Source: a virus
Taxonomy: Duplodnaviria; Heunggongvirae; Uroviricota; Caudoviricetes
IMG/VR virus record: IMGVR_UViG_3300032050_000030
DNA length: 64,000 nt
Direction: 5' to 3' (one strand)
Shown here: positions 55,447 through 64,000 of the stretch, in pieces
Numbering within the stretch: position 1 is the stretch's first letter
Layout: each line of letters starts with the position of its first letter
Program-made: the position numbers and the translations under genes
The notes under the pieces: generated by a model
The model's input: the letters and a program-made list of their open reading frames with translations, nothing else
What the model was told of the DNA's origin: nothing
Database searches by the model: none

Positions 55447-58035
55447 ATGGCAAGCTTTACAGACGCAATATCACAGTTTAGACCCTACGTATCTCAACTT
55501 CCCGTGGAAGCAATGAGGGAAGTAGGTATGTATAAACAGGCCAAATATGAGGAAGGGGTACAAAAAATCCAGGGAGAAATTGACAAAGTTGCTGGAATGG
55601 ATGTTGTCAGAGATATTGACAAACAGTACCTTCAATCCAGATTGAATGAACTTGGTAGCAAACTTAAAACTGTAGCTGCTGGTGACTTCTCCAACTTTCA
55701 ATTGGTTAACTCTGTAGGGGGTATGGCTAAACAACTCATCAGAGATGAGAATATTCAAAATGCTGTAGCTTCTACAACCAAGTACAGAAAGTCACTTTTG
55801 GAAATGGAAGCAGCTAGAAAAGAGGGAAAATCATCTCCTTCAAATGAGTATGTTTTTAATACAGCAGCTAATGAATGGTTAAACAGCAAAGATATAAGTA
55901 GACCATTTGGTGCTACATATAAACCCTATACTAACTGGAAAAAGGAAGCAGTTGAGGTATTAAAAGCTCTTACAAAAGATTCTACCATTACAGAGGAAAT
56001 GTTCACTCCTGATGGGAGGTTGGCAGATTATGTTGTAAAAAACAAATTTGCAGGACTGTCTCCAGAGAAAATTCAGGAGGCATTGTTAGTAGGACTTACA
56101 CCTGCTGCAATGGAGCAAATGCAAATAGATGGTATATATACATATGCTAATAAAACTCCTGATGAGTTTAAGGCCACTGTATATAATGATTTTAAACAAA
56201 GAGCTGACTATTTTATTAAGCAAAAAAATGCTCTTGAGAACGCAAAGCTTAACACGACTTCTGGAGAACAAATTCAAAAACTAAATCAACAGATCTCTTC
56301 TCTGGATAAAATGATAGCTGGTGTTCAATCCCAATATGCAGGATTAGCAGAATCTCTGGAAAAAGGAAATGTAGAAGGAGCTAAAGCTAACTTGTTCACA
56401 GCCAATCAGTTAACCAATTTTGCTAAAGCTTTTTCTTTTACAGAAACTGAACAAACCTTTGGTCAGAACTATGCTGCTGAGATGGCATTTAAAAGAGAAC
56501 AGGCAAATAAAGATTGGCAAAAGTTCATGCTTACATATGAGCAAACAGAGAAGTGGAAAAAGAAAGAATATGAGCAAGAGGAAAGAAAGATTAAAGCAGA
56601 AGCAACACCTATGTATGGTGGTCTTCCTCAACCTGTTTCTCAAGAGGATCTTCCTAAATTCACACTTGGTCAAATTACAGAAACAGTTAATAGAACAAGA
56701 ACTGAACTAGCTAATAGTGATGCAGCCTTTGCAAAAAGGAACAATAAAGATCCTAATAAATCAAATGAACAATGGATATCAGAACAAAGAAATAAATGGC
56801 AAGAAGGAAAAGCTGATCCTACAATAGCAGCCTACTTTAACCAAACTGAGGGTAAAAGAAGAAATATGGAGACGGACCAGAAGATGGTTCTAGATATAGA
56901 GAGAGAAGCTAAAAATAAAAAATACATTGTTGACGGTAAGGAAGTTTCAGCAGTTGATCTATCTACAATAATCCCTGCTGGTACAACAGGAATGAGTATT
57001 AAAACTACAGGTGGTAAAACTCTTAATTACACCCCACAGGAACTTGTTGAATTTAATGCAAAGAAAAGTGCTTATATATCTTCAACAGGAGGTGGTCCTG
57101 GTGTGAGACCTGTGGTAACAGTTAATGATGCTGAAGCTAGAAAGGATATGTCTGATAAAGAATATTCCTTATTTAAAATATTTACAAAGACAGGACCTAG
57201 AACAGCTGGAGATGAAGCAGTTATTAAAAAGCTCCAGGATATTGGTAAAGTCACTGGATCAGCTCATAATAAACTTATTGCTGCTCAACGTGATTATATA
57301 GCAGATGAAGTGACTAAGAGAGTGACAAATATGCAAGGGGTGAAGTATAGTTTCCCTGCAGGTAAGACTGAAGAAAAGGCTGCTCTTGGATCTGCTCTTG
57401 TTCAATTTGCAGATCTTGCAGATAAACAAAAAGGAAAACTTCCATATTCTCCTGATTTTAATAGTGCAGATTTAAGGAAGATATCTGCAGATTTAGCTTC
57501 AGCTAACATGACTGTTGTAGAAGGAACAACATATGCTCCAGCAATGTATGAGATAAGTGCTGTAGGCAAGGATGGTACCACTACAAGATTTAGAGTGACA
57601 CCAGAACAAAAGATGTCAATGTTTGGTAATTTGTTTGAAGCACCTCCAGAGGTTCAAGCATTTAGACCTTATCAAGAAATGATCAATAAAAATGGAGGAT
57701 TAACCACTGCACCCAATCCAGAAGAAAAAACCTCTTGGTCAAATTCAAAACTGGGTAAGATAGATTTTCCATATGTTGATGTATTTGGTGTAACTGGAAA
57801 TATTGAACAAACTTTACCAGGACAATATTCAATAAGATTAAATATAAGAGATCCTAGAACAGGAGAAGTAGTAGAAGATTTACCATGGCCACAACGTAGC
57901 TTAGCTACAGAAAAAGAAGCAATGACTTACATGAGGCAAGTGAATAATATCACTGCATTTGAATTATTGTATGGTAGATCTCCAAGTGCAGCAGAAATTA
58001 AACAATTACAAAAAGCTCAAACTAAACCTTTCTAA
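55447..58035 (+). CDS. large virion protein (862 aa), helical/coiled-coil rich
   Basis: Uninterrupted ORF between two giant genes; K/E-rich helical segments. Confidence 0.4.
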   Translation: MASFTDAISQFRPYVSQLPVEAMREVGMYKQAKYEEGVQKIQGEIDKVAGMDVVRDIDKQYLQSRLNELGSKLKTVAAGDFSNFQLVNSVGGMAKQLIRDENIQNAVASTTKYRKSLLEMEAARKEGKSSPSNEYVFNTAANEWLNSKDISRPFGATYKPYTNWKKEAVEVLKALTKDSTITEEMFTPDGRLADYVVKNKFAGLSPEKIQEALLVGLTPAAMEQMQIDGIYTYANKTPDEFKATVYNDFKQRADYFIKQKNALENAKLNTTSGEQIQKLNQQISSLDKMIAGVQSQYAGLAESLEKGNVEGAKANLFTANQLTNFAKAFSFTETEQTFGQNYAAEMAFKREQANKDWQKFMLTYEQTEKWKKKEYEQEERKIKAEATPMYGGLPQPVSQEDLPKFTLGQITETVNRTRTELANSDAAFAKRNNKDPNKSNEQWISEQRNKWQEGKADPTIAAYFNQTEGKRRNMETDQKMVLDIEREAKNKKYIVDGKEVSAVDLSTIIPAGTTGMSIKTTGGKTLNYTPQELVEFNAKKSAYISSTGGGPGVRPVVTVNDAEARKDMSDKEYSLFKIFTKTGPRTAGDEAVIKKLQDIGKVTGSAHNKLIAAQRDYIADEVTKRVTNMQGVKYSFPAGKTEEKAALGSALVQFADLADKQKGKLPYSPDFNSADLRKISADLASANMTVVEGTTYAPAMYEISAVGKDGTTTRFRVTPEQKMSMFGNLFEAPPEVQAFRPYQEMINKNGGLTTAPNPEEKTSWSNSKLGKIDFPYVDVFGVTGNIEQTLPGQYSIRLNIRDPRTGEVVEDLPWPQRSLATEKEAMTYMRQVNNITAFELLYGRSPSAAEIKQLQKAQTKPF

Positions 58036-61000
58036 TGCCAGATAATATTACTCCACAAGTACCGTTGGTTGACAGGGCATCACTGGAACAATCTCTTGGT
58101 GGGTATGAACCTAAAGGTTTTCCTGAACCACTATTACCTACAGTTGCTCATGTCCCAATAAGTACACCTCTTCCTCAAGTTGATGGTGAACCTACTCCTA
58201 TGGCCATAAGTGCTATAGAGAATTCTGTACTGGCAGCAAGGAAAGGTGACCCAAGACAATTTGGTGGATCTATTCCAAGGACTCTTGCTGAAGTAACTTC
58301 TTCTAGGTATGATAACTTTATTCCTGGAGATTATAATAATGAGGATGCTTACGCTCAAGGACAGGGGTGGACTGCTAAGATGGTTAATGGAGTTGGTAAA
58401 GGACTTGCTTTAACAGCAGGAACTTTTCTCCAATCCACTTTTGGCATGGTCAATGGTGTGGCTAGATGGGCACAAGATGGTAGAATTGCATCTTTCTATG
58501 ACAATCCTGAGAATAGGGCAGTTGATGATCTTTATAAAAAGTTGGAAGATGTTCTTCCAAACTACTATTCAGATGCTGAAAGAAATGCTGCTTGGTATTC
58601 TGGAACTAAACTTTTTAGTGCAAACTTCCTTTGGGATGGAATTGTAAAGAACATGGGATTTGCAGCAGGTGCTGCTTTATCTGGTAATGTTTATGCTGCA
58701 GCTGTAAGAGGACTTGCAGCTCTCCCTGGATTATCAAGACTTGTTTCTGTAGGAAAAGCAGCTGAAGTGTTAGCTGCTCAAGAAGAAGCATTGCTTTCTG
58801 CTAACGCAGTTAGTAGTGTAGGTAAGATAAAAAGTCTTTCTGATAGATTCTTAACATCATATAATATACTCAGTCCTGGTGGAAGAGCAGTTGTTGCAGG
58901 TCTTGCTACAACAGGTGAGGCTGGGTTTGAAGCTTTCCAAAATCTTAATCAATTCAGAAATGAAAAGATTCAGGAATGGAAAGATGCACATGGTGGACTA
59001 GAACCATCAGGTGAAGACTTGGCAGCAATCAATGCTGCTGCTGATAGTGTTGGTAATACATCACTATTGTTAAACACAGGACTACTTACAGCCACCAACT
59101 ATATTCAGTTTCCAAGAATACTTGGTTCCTCATACAGGGCTGAGAAAGGAATAGTTAATTCTCTTACAAGAGAGATTGAGGATGTGGTTCAAGATGAAGC
59201 AGGAAATCTGGTTACAAGAGCTTCTATAAAAGAGGCAGGTAGGGGTTTTGGTGGAAGACTATTTGCTGCAGCTAAGAAAGTAACTCCTTACACATTCTCT
59301 GCGTCAGAAGCATTTGAAGAAGGTGCTCAATACGCTATTGGTCAGGCAGTAAATGATTATTACACCAAAAAGGCAAAAGGAAAGAATGCAGACTTTTTTG
59401 ATAGTCTTTCTACAGGGATTAGCCAAACATTAGGAACTAATGAAGGTATGGAGAATGTTCTCATTGGGGGACTTTCTGGTGCATTAATGCAAGCAAGGGG
59501 TAAGTATAGAGAAGCCATAGAGAAATCAAAGAATACAGCCGATGCTCTTCAGGCAATGAATAATTGGAAATTCTCTGACTTCACAAAAGAAACAATAGAT
59601 GCTGTAGAAAGAGGAACAGCTATCCAGCAAGATAGGGAGGCTTATCTGAGAAGAGGAGATGTTCTTATGAGTAAAGAAGCTGAGAGAGACTACATCATCA
59701 ACTATCTCACTCCTCGTATTAAGTATGGTAGGTTTGATCTTGTAAGAAGTGATATAGAAGATTATAGAAGACTTGCCTCTACAGAGGAAGGATTTGACCA
59801 ACTTGTAAAAGAGGGTAAGGTGGTAGAAGGTGATACAAGAGAAGCTTATCTGCAAAGGATAAACAATCTTGAAGCTACTGCAAATGATATAAAATCTCTA
59901 TATCAATCACTAAATCTTCGTTACGGTAATCTAGTTGGAAAGGATGGTAAAACTCCTCTATATTCATCAGAAGTGATGGATAAGATGATATATGCTGCAA
60001 CAAAGGTGGCAGATTATGATAGTAGGATTCCTCAGCTATCGAATAAACTCATTGCTGCTAACATAGATGTTGATGCTGTGATTGATGGTGCAATGAATAA
60101 TGAAAGTGATGCATATGATGCAGCCCTTGCAAAAATAAATGAACTTGAAGCAAAGTATAAAATAAATGCTGATCAGAAACAAGATTTAATTACAGATCTT
60201 TCTGATCTTTCAGAACTTGCTCTTCGTAGAAAACTTATGATTCAGGAATACTCTGATATAAAGAATGATCCTGAGAAATTTAAAGAAGCACCTGTATCTG
60301 AAGAAGAGGAAATGCTTGCTAAGGAAGAAGCAGCAGGTGTTCCAAAAAAGAAAATCAAGTTAAAGACAAAAGATGGTGAGGAAGATGTTGAGATAGGTAC
60401 GGAATATTTCCTTGGTAGAATAGCTAAAAAGACCAAGGACAATAAGCCAGTTTATGGATTTCCAAGACTTACTATCCTTGGAGAAAATGAAGATGGTACA
60501 ATTAAAATCAAAGATTCTGAAGGAAACTTCCACAACATGACCAAAGCTGAGCTTGCTAATTTCAAGCTTGGTAAGGTGAGTGATACGTTGACTAATAAGA
60601 AAGCTAAGTGGTTCTTGGAGAATGTAAATAACATCTTTGAGATGAAACGTAAGGGAGGAAAAGATCCTCTTAGAGGGAGACTTGAATACAATTCTAAAAA
60701 AGGAATTCTTGATTTTGTATATGAGGATTATAAAGGAGAAGAGAGACGTATTGAGGTGACTGGAGATCAATTTGTTGCTAGGGAAGGTTATGCTAAACCA
60801 TTGATTGAAAAGGTTGGTGAATACACTGCAGCTGAACAACAATTGCTTCAAGAGTTTGAATCAGAGGAAGATGTTAGAAAGGTAGATAAGGTTGCAAACA
60901 GGCTTGCTATTATAAATGATCTTTACACAAGATCAAAAGCTAGGCTTGAAGAAGTAAGTAAAAAACTTGAGAGCAACAAGAAGAAAATATCTGATGCTGA

Positions 61001-64000
61001 AGAAGCATTAGATAATCTATCTAAAACAGCAAAAGGTCTTCCACGTAAGTCTTTTACAAAAGCTATTAAGGCAACTATAAATAGTCTCACTAGCACAAAG
61101 ACATTCCTTGAAAATGAGAATGCTCAATTAGAAAGTGAACAAGATGAACTAGAAGTGAACCTTGCTTACTTCAGTGACATGATCTCAAATATATCAGAAT
61201 TTCCTGACGAAAGGGGAATTATTGATGAGTTGAGAGATGATGTGAATACACTGGAAGAACTTATAGATAATACAACAAATGCCATTAAGAATGGTAAATC
61301 TTTATTGGAGTCTGTTGATGCAGCTCTTCAACAAGCACTATCACTATTCAATGACTTTGTAAAAAGACTAAAGGAAGAAAATCCTAACACCCCATTGTTT
61401 GTAGAAGATTTACAACAGAAACTTGAAAAGTATCTTGGGGAGGAAGGTGCTAAATTGTTTATACAGGACAAGCTTGGTTATACGGAAGCTGTAATGGAGC
61501 TTGAAGACCAAATTGATTCATTTAAAGAAGAACTTAAGATTCCTGAACTTACAAATAAAGTTCAGAAATTAAAAGAACAATTAGGAAAATTATCTTCTGA
61601 AGCTGATGAATTGATTAAGGAGCAGATAGCAAAAGCTGCAATACTGGAAGAGTTCCAGAAAGCTGCTAGACAATATGAAGCAAAGAAAGCTGAAGAACAA
61701 AAAATACAAAAGAATCAGGCTCTTAAAGATGAGATATTAGGATCTGCTGATCCTGGTTTGCAGACCAGGGTGTATAGTAAGGAGTATGAACCACAGGCTA
61801 AGAAAACTGACTTAGCTGTGCTTCTTTCTACAAAACTCTCTAGTAAGTCAGAGGCTCCTCATGCTAAACGTACAAACCTATTTGGTGTACTGTTTAATAA
61901 AATGAGTCCGTCTAAAAAGAAAAAATACAAGGCAGTGATAGTCACTTCTAAGAATGAGGCTGACTTTAAACTTGGAGGACTTACACAACATCTTAAGGAC
62001 CAGAGTGAACTCCCTGAATCAGAAAAAGCAAAGATTGATCCAAAAAAGACAATAGCTCTTGTTATTGTAAAACAAGACACTGATGGTGTATATAAACCTG
62101 TTGATCAGGATGGTAATATTCTGGAGGATGTATCTGTAAATAATGCTCTTTATCAAGTGTTCCCTGATCCAAGTTTGGAGTGGAGTGCGCAGTATGGTGG
62201 GGGATCTATGTTCAGAAGAGAAACTGCTCAAGATATACCTAGAGTAGAATATTATAAGAAACAATATCAGGAGTGGGTAAATGAAACTCTTGATAACCCA
62301 TCAAGTAATGTGCATTCAATAGAAGCATCTTTTGGTACCCCTCAGTATGTAATGAATAGTGACGGTACACCAAACTATGATGCTGTTGTTTCTGTGGTAG
62401 ATGCTGGACTTATTGATGAGTCCAATCTCGAAGATGATAATGTTATATACATTCCTACAACAGACAACACTGTATCTAGGGGATCTACAACTTATGATAG
62501 CCCATTGGGTAGACCATTCCTGATTCTTAATGACGCTTATGTCAATCTGAAAAACAGATTGTTTAATAAGAAAGAAGCAGAAGCTATCTATGGAGCCATC
62601 TATCAACTTGCTGTTGATATTAATAAGAATGGTAATCTTAAATCTGAAACTGCTAAGAGATATTACAACTGGCTTAAGTCTGTTGTTTATTGGGGAAAGG
62701 TAAGAAATGCAGTGGGATATAACAGTATATTCTTTGAAGATACAGAGGATGGACTTATGCTCTATGTATCTGGAAAAGGTAAAACCTACCCATTCACTCC
62801 CACAGCCATTAGAGAAAACAAGGGTGAACTGATTGACACTCTTCAGATGATGTATAACAACGTGAATAGCACCATGGTTAAGAAAGATGATGGTAGTTAT
62901 TCATGGAAACAGCCATATGAAGAAATCCTGTCTGTATCAGAAGATGGTAAGGTGGAATCAAAGATTTGGCCTAACTATCAAACCTATCTGCTTTCTTCAA
63001 AAGGAAGGAAACCAGAGGAAGTTCCCCTGTCCACTCGTATCAGACCTGTAAGAGATGTTGAAGGTGATGTCAATAGGACAGGTATATATTTCACTCTGTC
63101 AGATACAGCAGATGCTAAGAGATATGGTAATCCTCCTGTAAAAGCTGTAGTGACACCAAAAACCTTAGCTCCTAAGGTGGTGCCTACTCCTGCTGCTCCC
63201 AAACCAGCAGCTCCTGCTGCTAAACCAGCTGCTCAAGAAGCTCCTGAGGGAACTGTTGAGCTAGATGGTAAAACTATAAACACATACACTTCTCCAAAAG
63301 GAAAGAAGATTAAATTTGCAGCTACAAGAGCAGCTTTAAAGAATCCTAAAGCTTTGGGTATATTCCCAGGTGGAGATTTGGAGGCTGTTTTGAAAGAACT
63401 TACAGACAGTGGTAAAACCCTGGATGAAGCAAAAGAAGCTATAAGAAATGCTGTTAAACAATACGTTGCTACAAAAATAAAGGAGACAGAAGGTGAAGAA
63501 GAACTTTTTGTTCCAGGAGAAGAGGAAGAAGAGGAAACAACATTAGTTGTAGAAGAGGAAGCAATGCAAGTTCCAGAAGAAGAGGAATTGGTGGTAGAAG
63601 AAGAAGCTCCTGTTTCTGATGTAGTAGCTAAACCTGCAAAAGAAGAGAGACTTCCAGCAACCATTACTGTAACTTCTGAAGAAGAAGCATTGATGCAAAA
63701 ACAAATGGATGAGACAGAAGATGATGTTGTGTTGCGTAAGGTTATTGAAGAACAAGCTAATAAATTTGAAAGAGAAGATTGGAAAAAAGTTGAAGCTTGG
63801 CTCAAGGCAAACTTCCCCAACATTCCTGTCTATAGAGTGAAGAATATTCTCAAGGGTGCAAATGGTTTGCAAGCCTGGGGTATGTTAAAGAATGGTGCTA
63901 TTTATGTATATGAGAATGCTGAGGTGGGAACAATCTATCATGAGGTGTTTGAAGGTGTATGGAAATTGTTTGCTGATCCTGCTGAGAAAGAAGCAATTCT
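58035..64000 (+). CDS. giant protein, 3'-partial (at least 1988 aa; continues beyond window) - not in ORF track
   Basis: Hand translation from ATG 58035 (MPDNITPQVPLVDRASLEQ...) runs with no stop to the window end; starts at TAATG overlap with the previous gene; contains PTPAAPKPAAPAAKPAA and EEEEEETTLVVEEEAMQVPEEEELVVEEEAP low-complexity segments. Confidence 0.5.
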   Translation, partial: MPDNITPQVPLVDRASLEQSLGGYEPKGFPEPLLPTVAHVPISTPLPQVDGEPTPMAISAIENSVLAARKGDPRQFGGSIPRTLAEVTSSRYDNFIPGDYNNEDAYAQGQGWTAKMVNGVGKGLALTAGTFLQSTFGMVNGVARWAQDGRIASFYDNPENRAVDDLYKKLEDVLPNYYSDAERNAAWYSGTKLFSANFLWDGIVKNMGFAAGAALSGNVYAAAVRGLAALPGLSRLVSVGKAAEVLAAQEEALLSANAVSSVGKIKSLSDRFLTSYNILSPGGRAVVAGLATTGEAGFEAFQNLNQFRNEKIQEWKDAHGGLEPSGEDLAAINAAADSVGNTSLLLNTGLLTATNYIQFPRILGSSYRAEKGIVNSLTREIEDVVQDEAGNLVTRASIKEAGRGFGGRLFAAAKKVTPYTFSASEAFEEGAQYAIGQAVNDYYTKKAKGKNADFFDSLSTGISQTLGTNEGMENVLIGGLSGALMQARGKYREAIEKSKNTADALQAMNNWKFSDFTKETIDAVERGTAIQQDREAYLRRGDVLMSKEAERDYIINYLTPRIKYGRFDLVRSDIEDYRRLASTEEGFDQLVKEGKVVEGDTREAYLQRINNLEATANDIKSLYQSLNLRYGNLVGKDGKTPLYSSEVMDKMIYAATKVADYDSRIPQLSNKLIAANIDVDAVIDGAMNNESDAYDAALAKINELEAKYKINADQKQDLITDLSDLSELALRRKLMIQEYSDIKNDPEKFKEAPVSEEEEMLAKEEAAGVPKKKIKLKTKDGEEDVEIGTEYFLGRIAKKTKDNKPVYGFPRLTILGENEDGTIKIKDSEGNFHNMTKAELANFKLGKVSDTLTNKKAKWFLENVNNIFEMKRKGGKDPLRGRLEYNSKKGILDFVYEDYKGEERRIEVTGDQFVAREGYAKPLIEKVGEYTAAEQQLLQEFESEEDVRKVDKVANRLAIINDLYTRSKARLEEVSKKLESNKKKISDAEEALDNLSKTAKGLPRKSFTKAIKATINSLTSTKTFLENENAQLESEQDELEVNLAYFSDMISNISEFPDERGIIDELRDDVNTLEELIDNTTNAIKNGKSLLESVDAALQQALSLFNDFVKRLKEENPNTPLFVEDLQQKLEKYLGEEGAKLFIQDKLGYTEAVMELEDQIDSFKEELKIPELTNKVQKLKEQLGKLSSEADELIKEQIAKAAILEEFQKAARQYEAKKAEEQKIQKNQALKDEILGSADPGLQTRVYSKEYEPQAKKTDLAVLLSTKLSSKSEAPHAKRTNLFGVLFNKMSPSKKKKYKAVIVTSKNEADFKLGGLTQHLKDQSELPESEKAKIDPKKTIALVIVKQDTDGVYKPVDQDGNILEDVSVNNALYQVFPDPSLEWSAQYGGGSMFRRETAQDIPRVEYYKKQYQEWVNETLDNPSSNVHSIEASFGTPQYVMNSDGTPNYDAVVSVVDAGLIDESNLEDDNVIYIPTTDNTVSRGSTTYDSPLGRPFLILNDAYVNLKNRLFNKKEAEAIYGAIYQLAVDINKNGNLKSETAKRYYNWLKSVVYWGKVRNAVGYNSIFFEDTEDGLMLYVSGKGKTYPFTPTAIRENKGELIDTLQMMYNNVNSTMVKKDDGSYSWKQPYEEILSVSEDGKVESKIWPNYQTYLLSSKGRKPEEVPLSTRIRPVRDVEGDVNRTGIYFTLSDTADAKRYGNPPVKAVVTPKTLAPKVVPTPAAPKPAAPAAKPAAQEAPEGTVELDGKTINTYTSPKGKKIKFAATRAALKNPKALGIFPGGDLEAVLKELTDSGKTLDEAKEAIRNAVKQYVATKIKETEGEEELFVPGEEEEEETTLVVEEEAMQVPEEEELVVEEEAPVSDVVAKPAKEERLPATITVTSEEEALMQKQMDETEDDVVLRKVIEEQANKFEREDWKKVEAWLKANFPNIPVYRVKNILKGANGLQAWGMLKNGAIYVYENAEVGTIYHEVFEGVWKLFADPAEKEAI

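Noticed and set aside
58134-63872. Short minus-strand ORFs listed between 58.1 and 63.9 kb
   Set aside because: All lie antisense to one continuous plus-strand ORF that starts at 58035 and has no stop through 64000. The real gene is absent from the track only because it is incomplete in the window.
63938-63950. HExxH-like zincin motif (IYHEVFE) near the end of the giant partial ORF
   Set aside because: The second position is Glu rather than His (HEVFE), so it does not satisfy HExxH. It is likely coincidental.
1-64000. CRISPR array, tRNA genes, integrase/attachment sites
   Set aside because: I saw no direct-repeat/spacer periodicity, no T-loop-like GGTTCGAATCC-type sequences in intergenic regions, and no tyrosine/serine recombinase motifs. 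A systematic scan (tRNAscan-SE, CRT/PILER-CR) should confirm.
44645-64000. Stop-codon recoding (TAG or TGA reassignment) reported for some crAss-like phages
   Set aside because: All large late ORFs, including the 1571- and 1495-aa genes, are uninterrupted in the standard code, so there is no evidence of recoding in this window.

Overview
This window reads as part of a virulent, crAss-like (Crassvirales-type) Bacteroidetes phage genome, organised as two divergent modules. Minus-strand early/replication module (positions 1 to ~24.1 kb): genes are tightly packed and often overlap by 1-4 nt. It encodes a PD-(D/E)XK exonuclease, a free-standing HNH endonuclease, an Hsp90-like GHKL ATPase, a family-1 UDG-like protein with an altered catalytic motif, a Toprim primase-like protein and a Sak4/AAA_24-like P-loop ATPase. 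It also encodes an SF2 DEAH helicase, a DnaA domain-IV-like small protein, a DnaB-like helicase, a GIY-YIG+HTH protein, a family-B DNA polymerase, many small ORFs and a putative small membrane/lipoprotein cluster. A ~500 bp divergent regulatory region (24.1-24.6 kb) carries G-tracts and Bacteroides-type TAnnTTTG promoter motifs. Plus-strand late/structural module (24.3 to >64 kb): small early-late proteins including an HU-like protein, then terminase large subunit, portal, a minimal SPFH/band-7 domain protein, an acidic scaffold candidate and an HK97-like major capsid protein with a distinct codon-usage signature. These are followed by a series of Cys-rich and poly-Thr-linked structural proteins, a metallophosphoesterase-domain protein, and four consecutive giant proteins (1571, 1495 and 862 aa, plus a partial ORF of at least 1988 aa from 58035 that is absent from the ORF track). 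Several GC-stem hairpin terminators recur with a shared AAGAGCCC stem and a TTACAG-containing loop. I found no integrase, tRNA, CRISPR array, reverse transcriptase or stop-codon recoding. Everything rests on motif-level reading of the translations by eye; no database search was possible.
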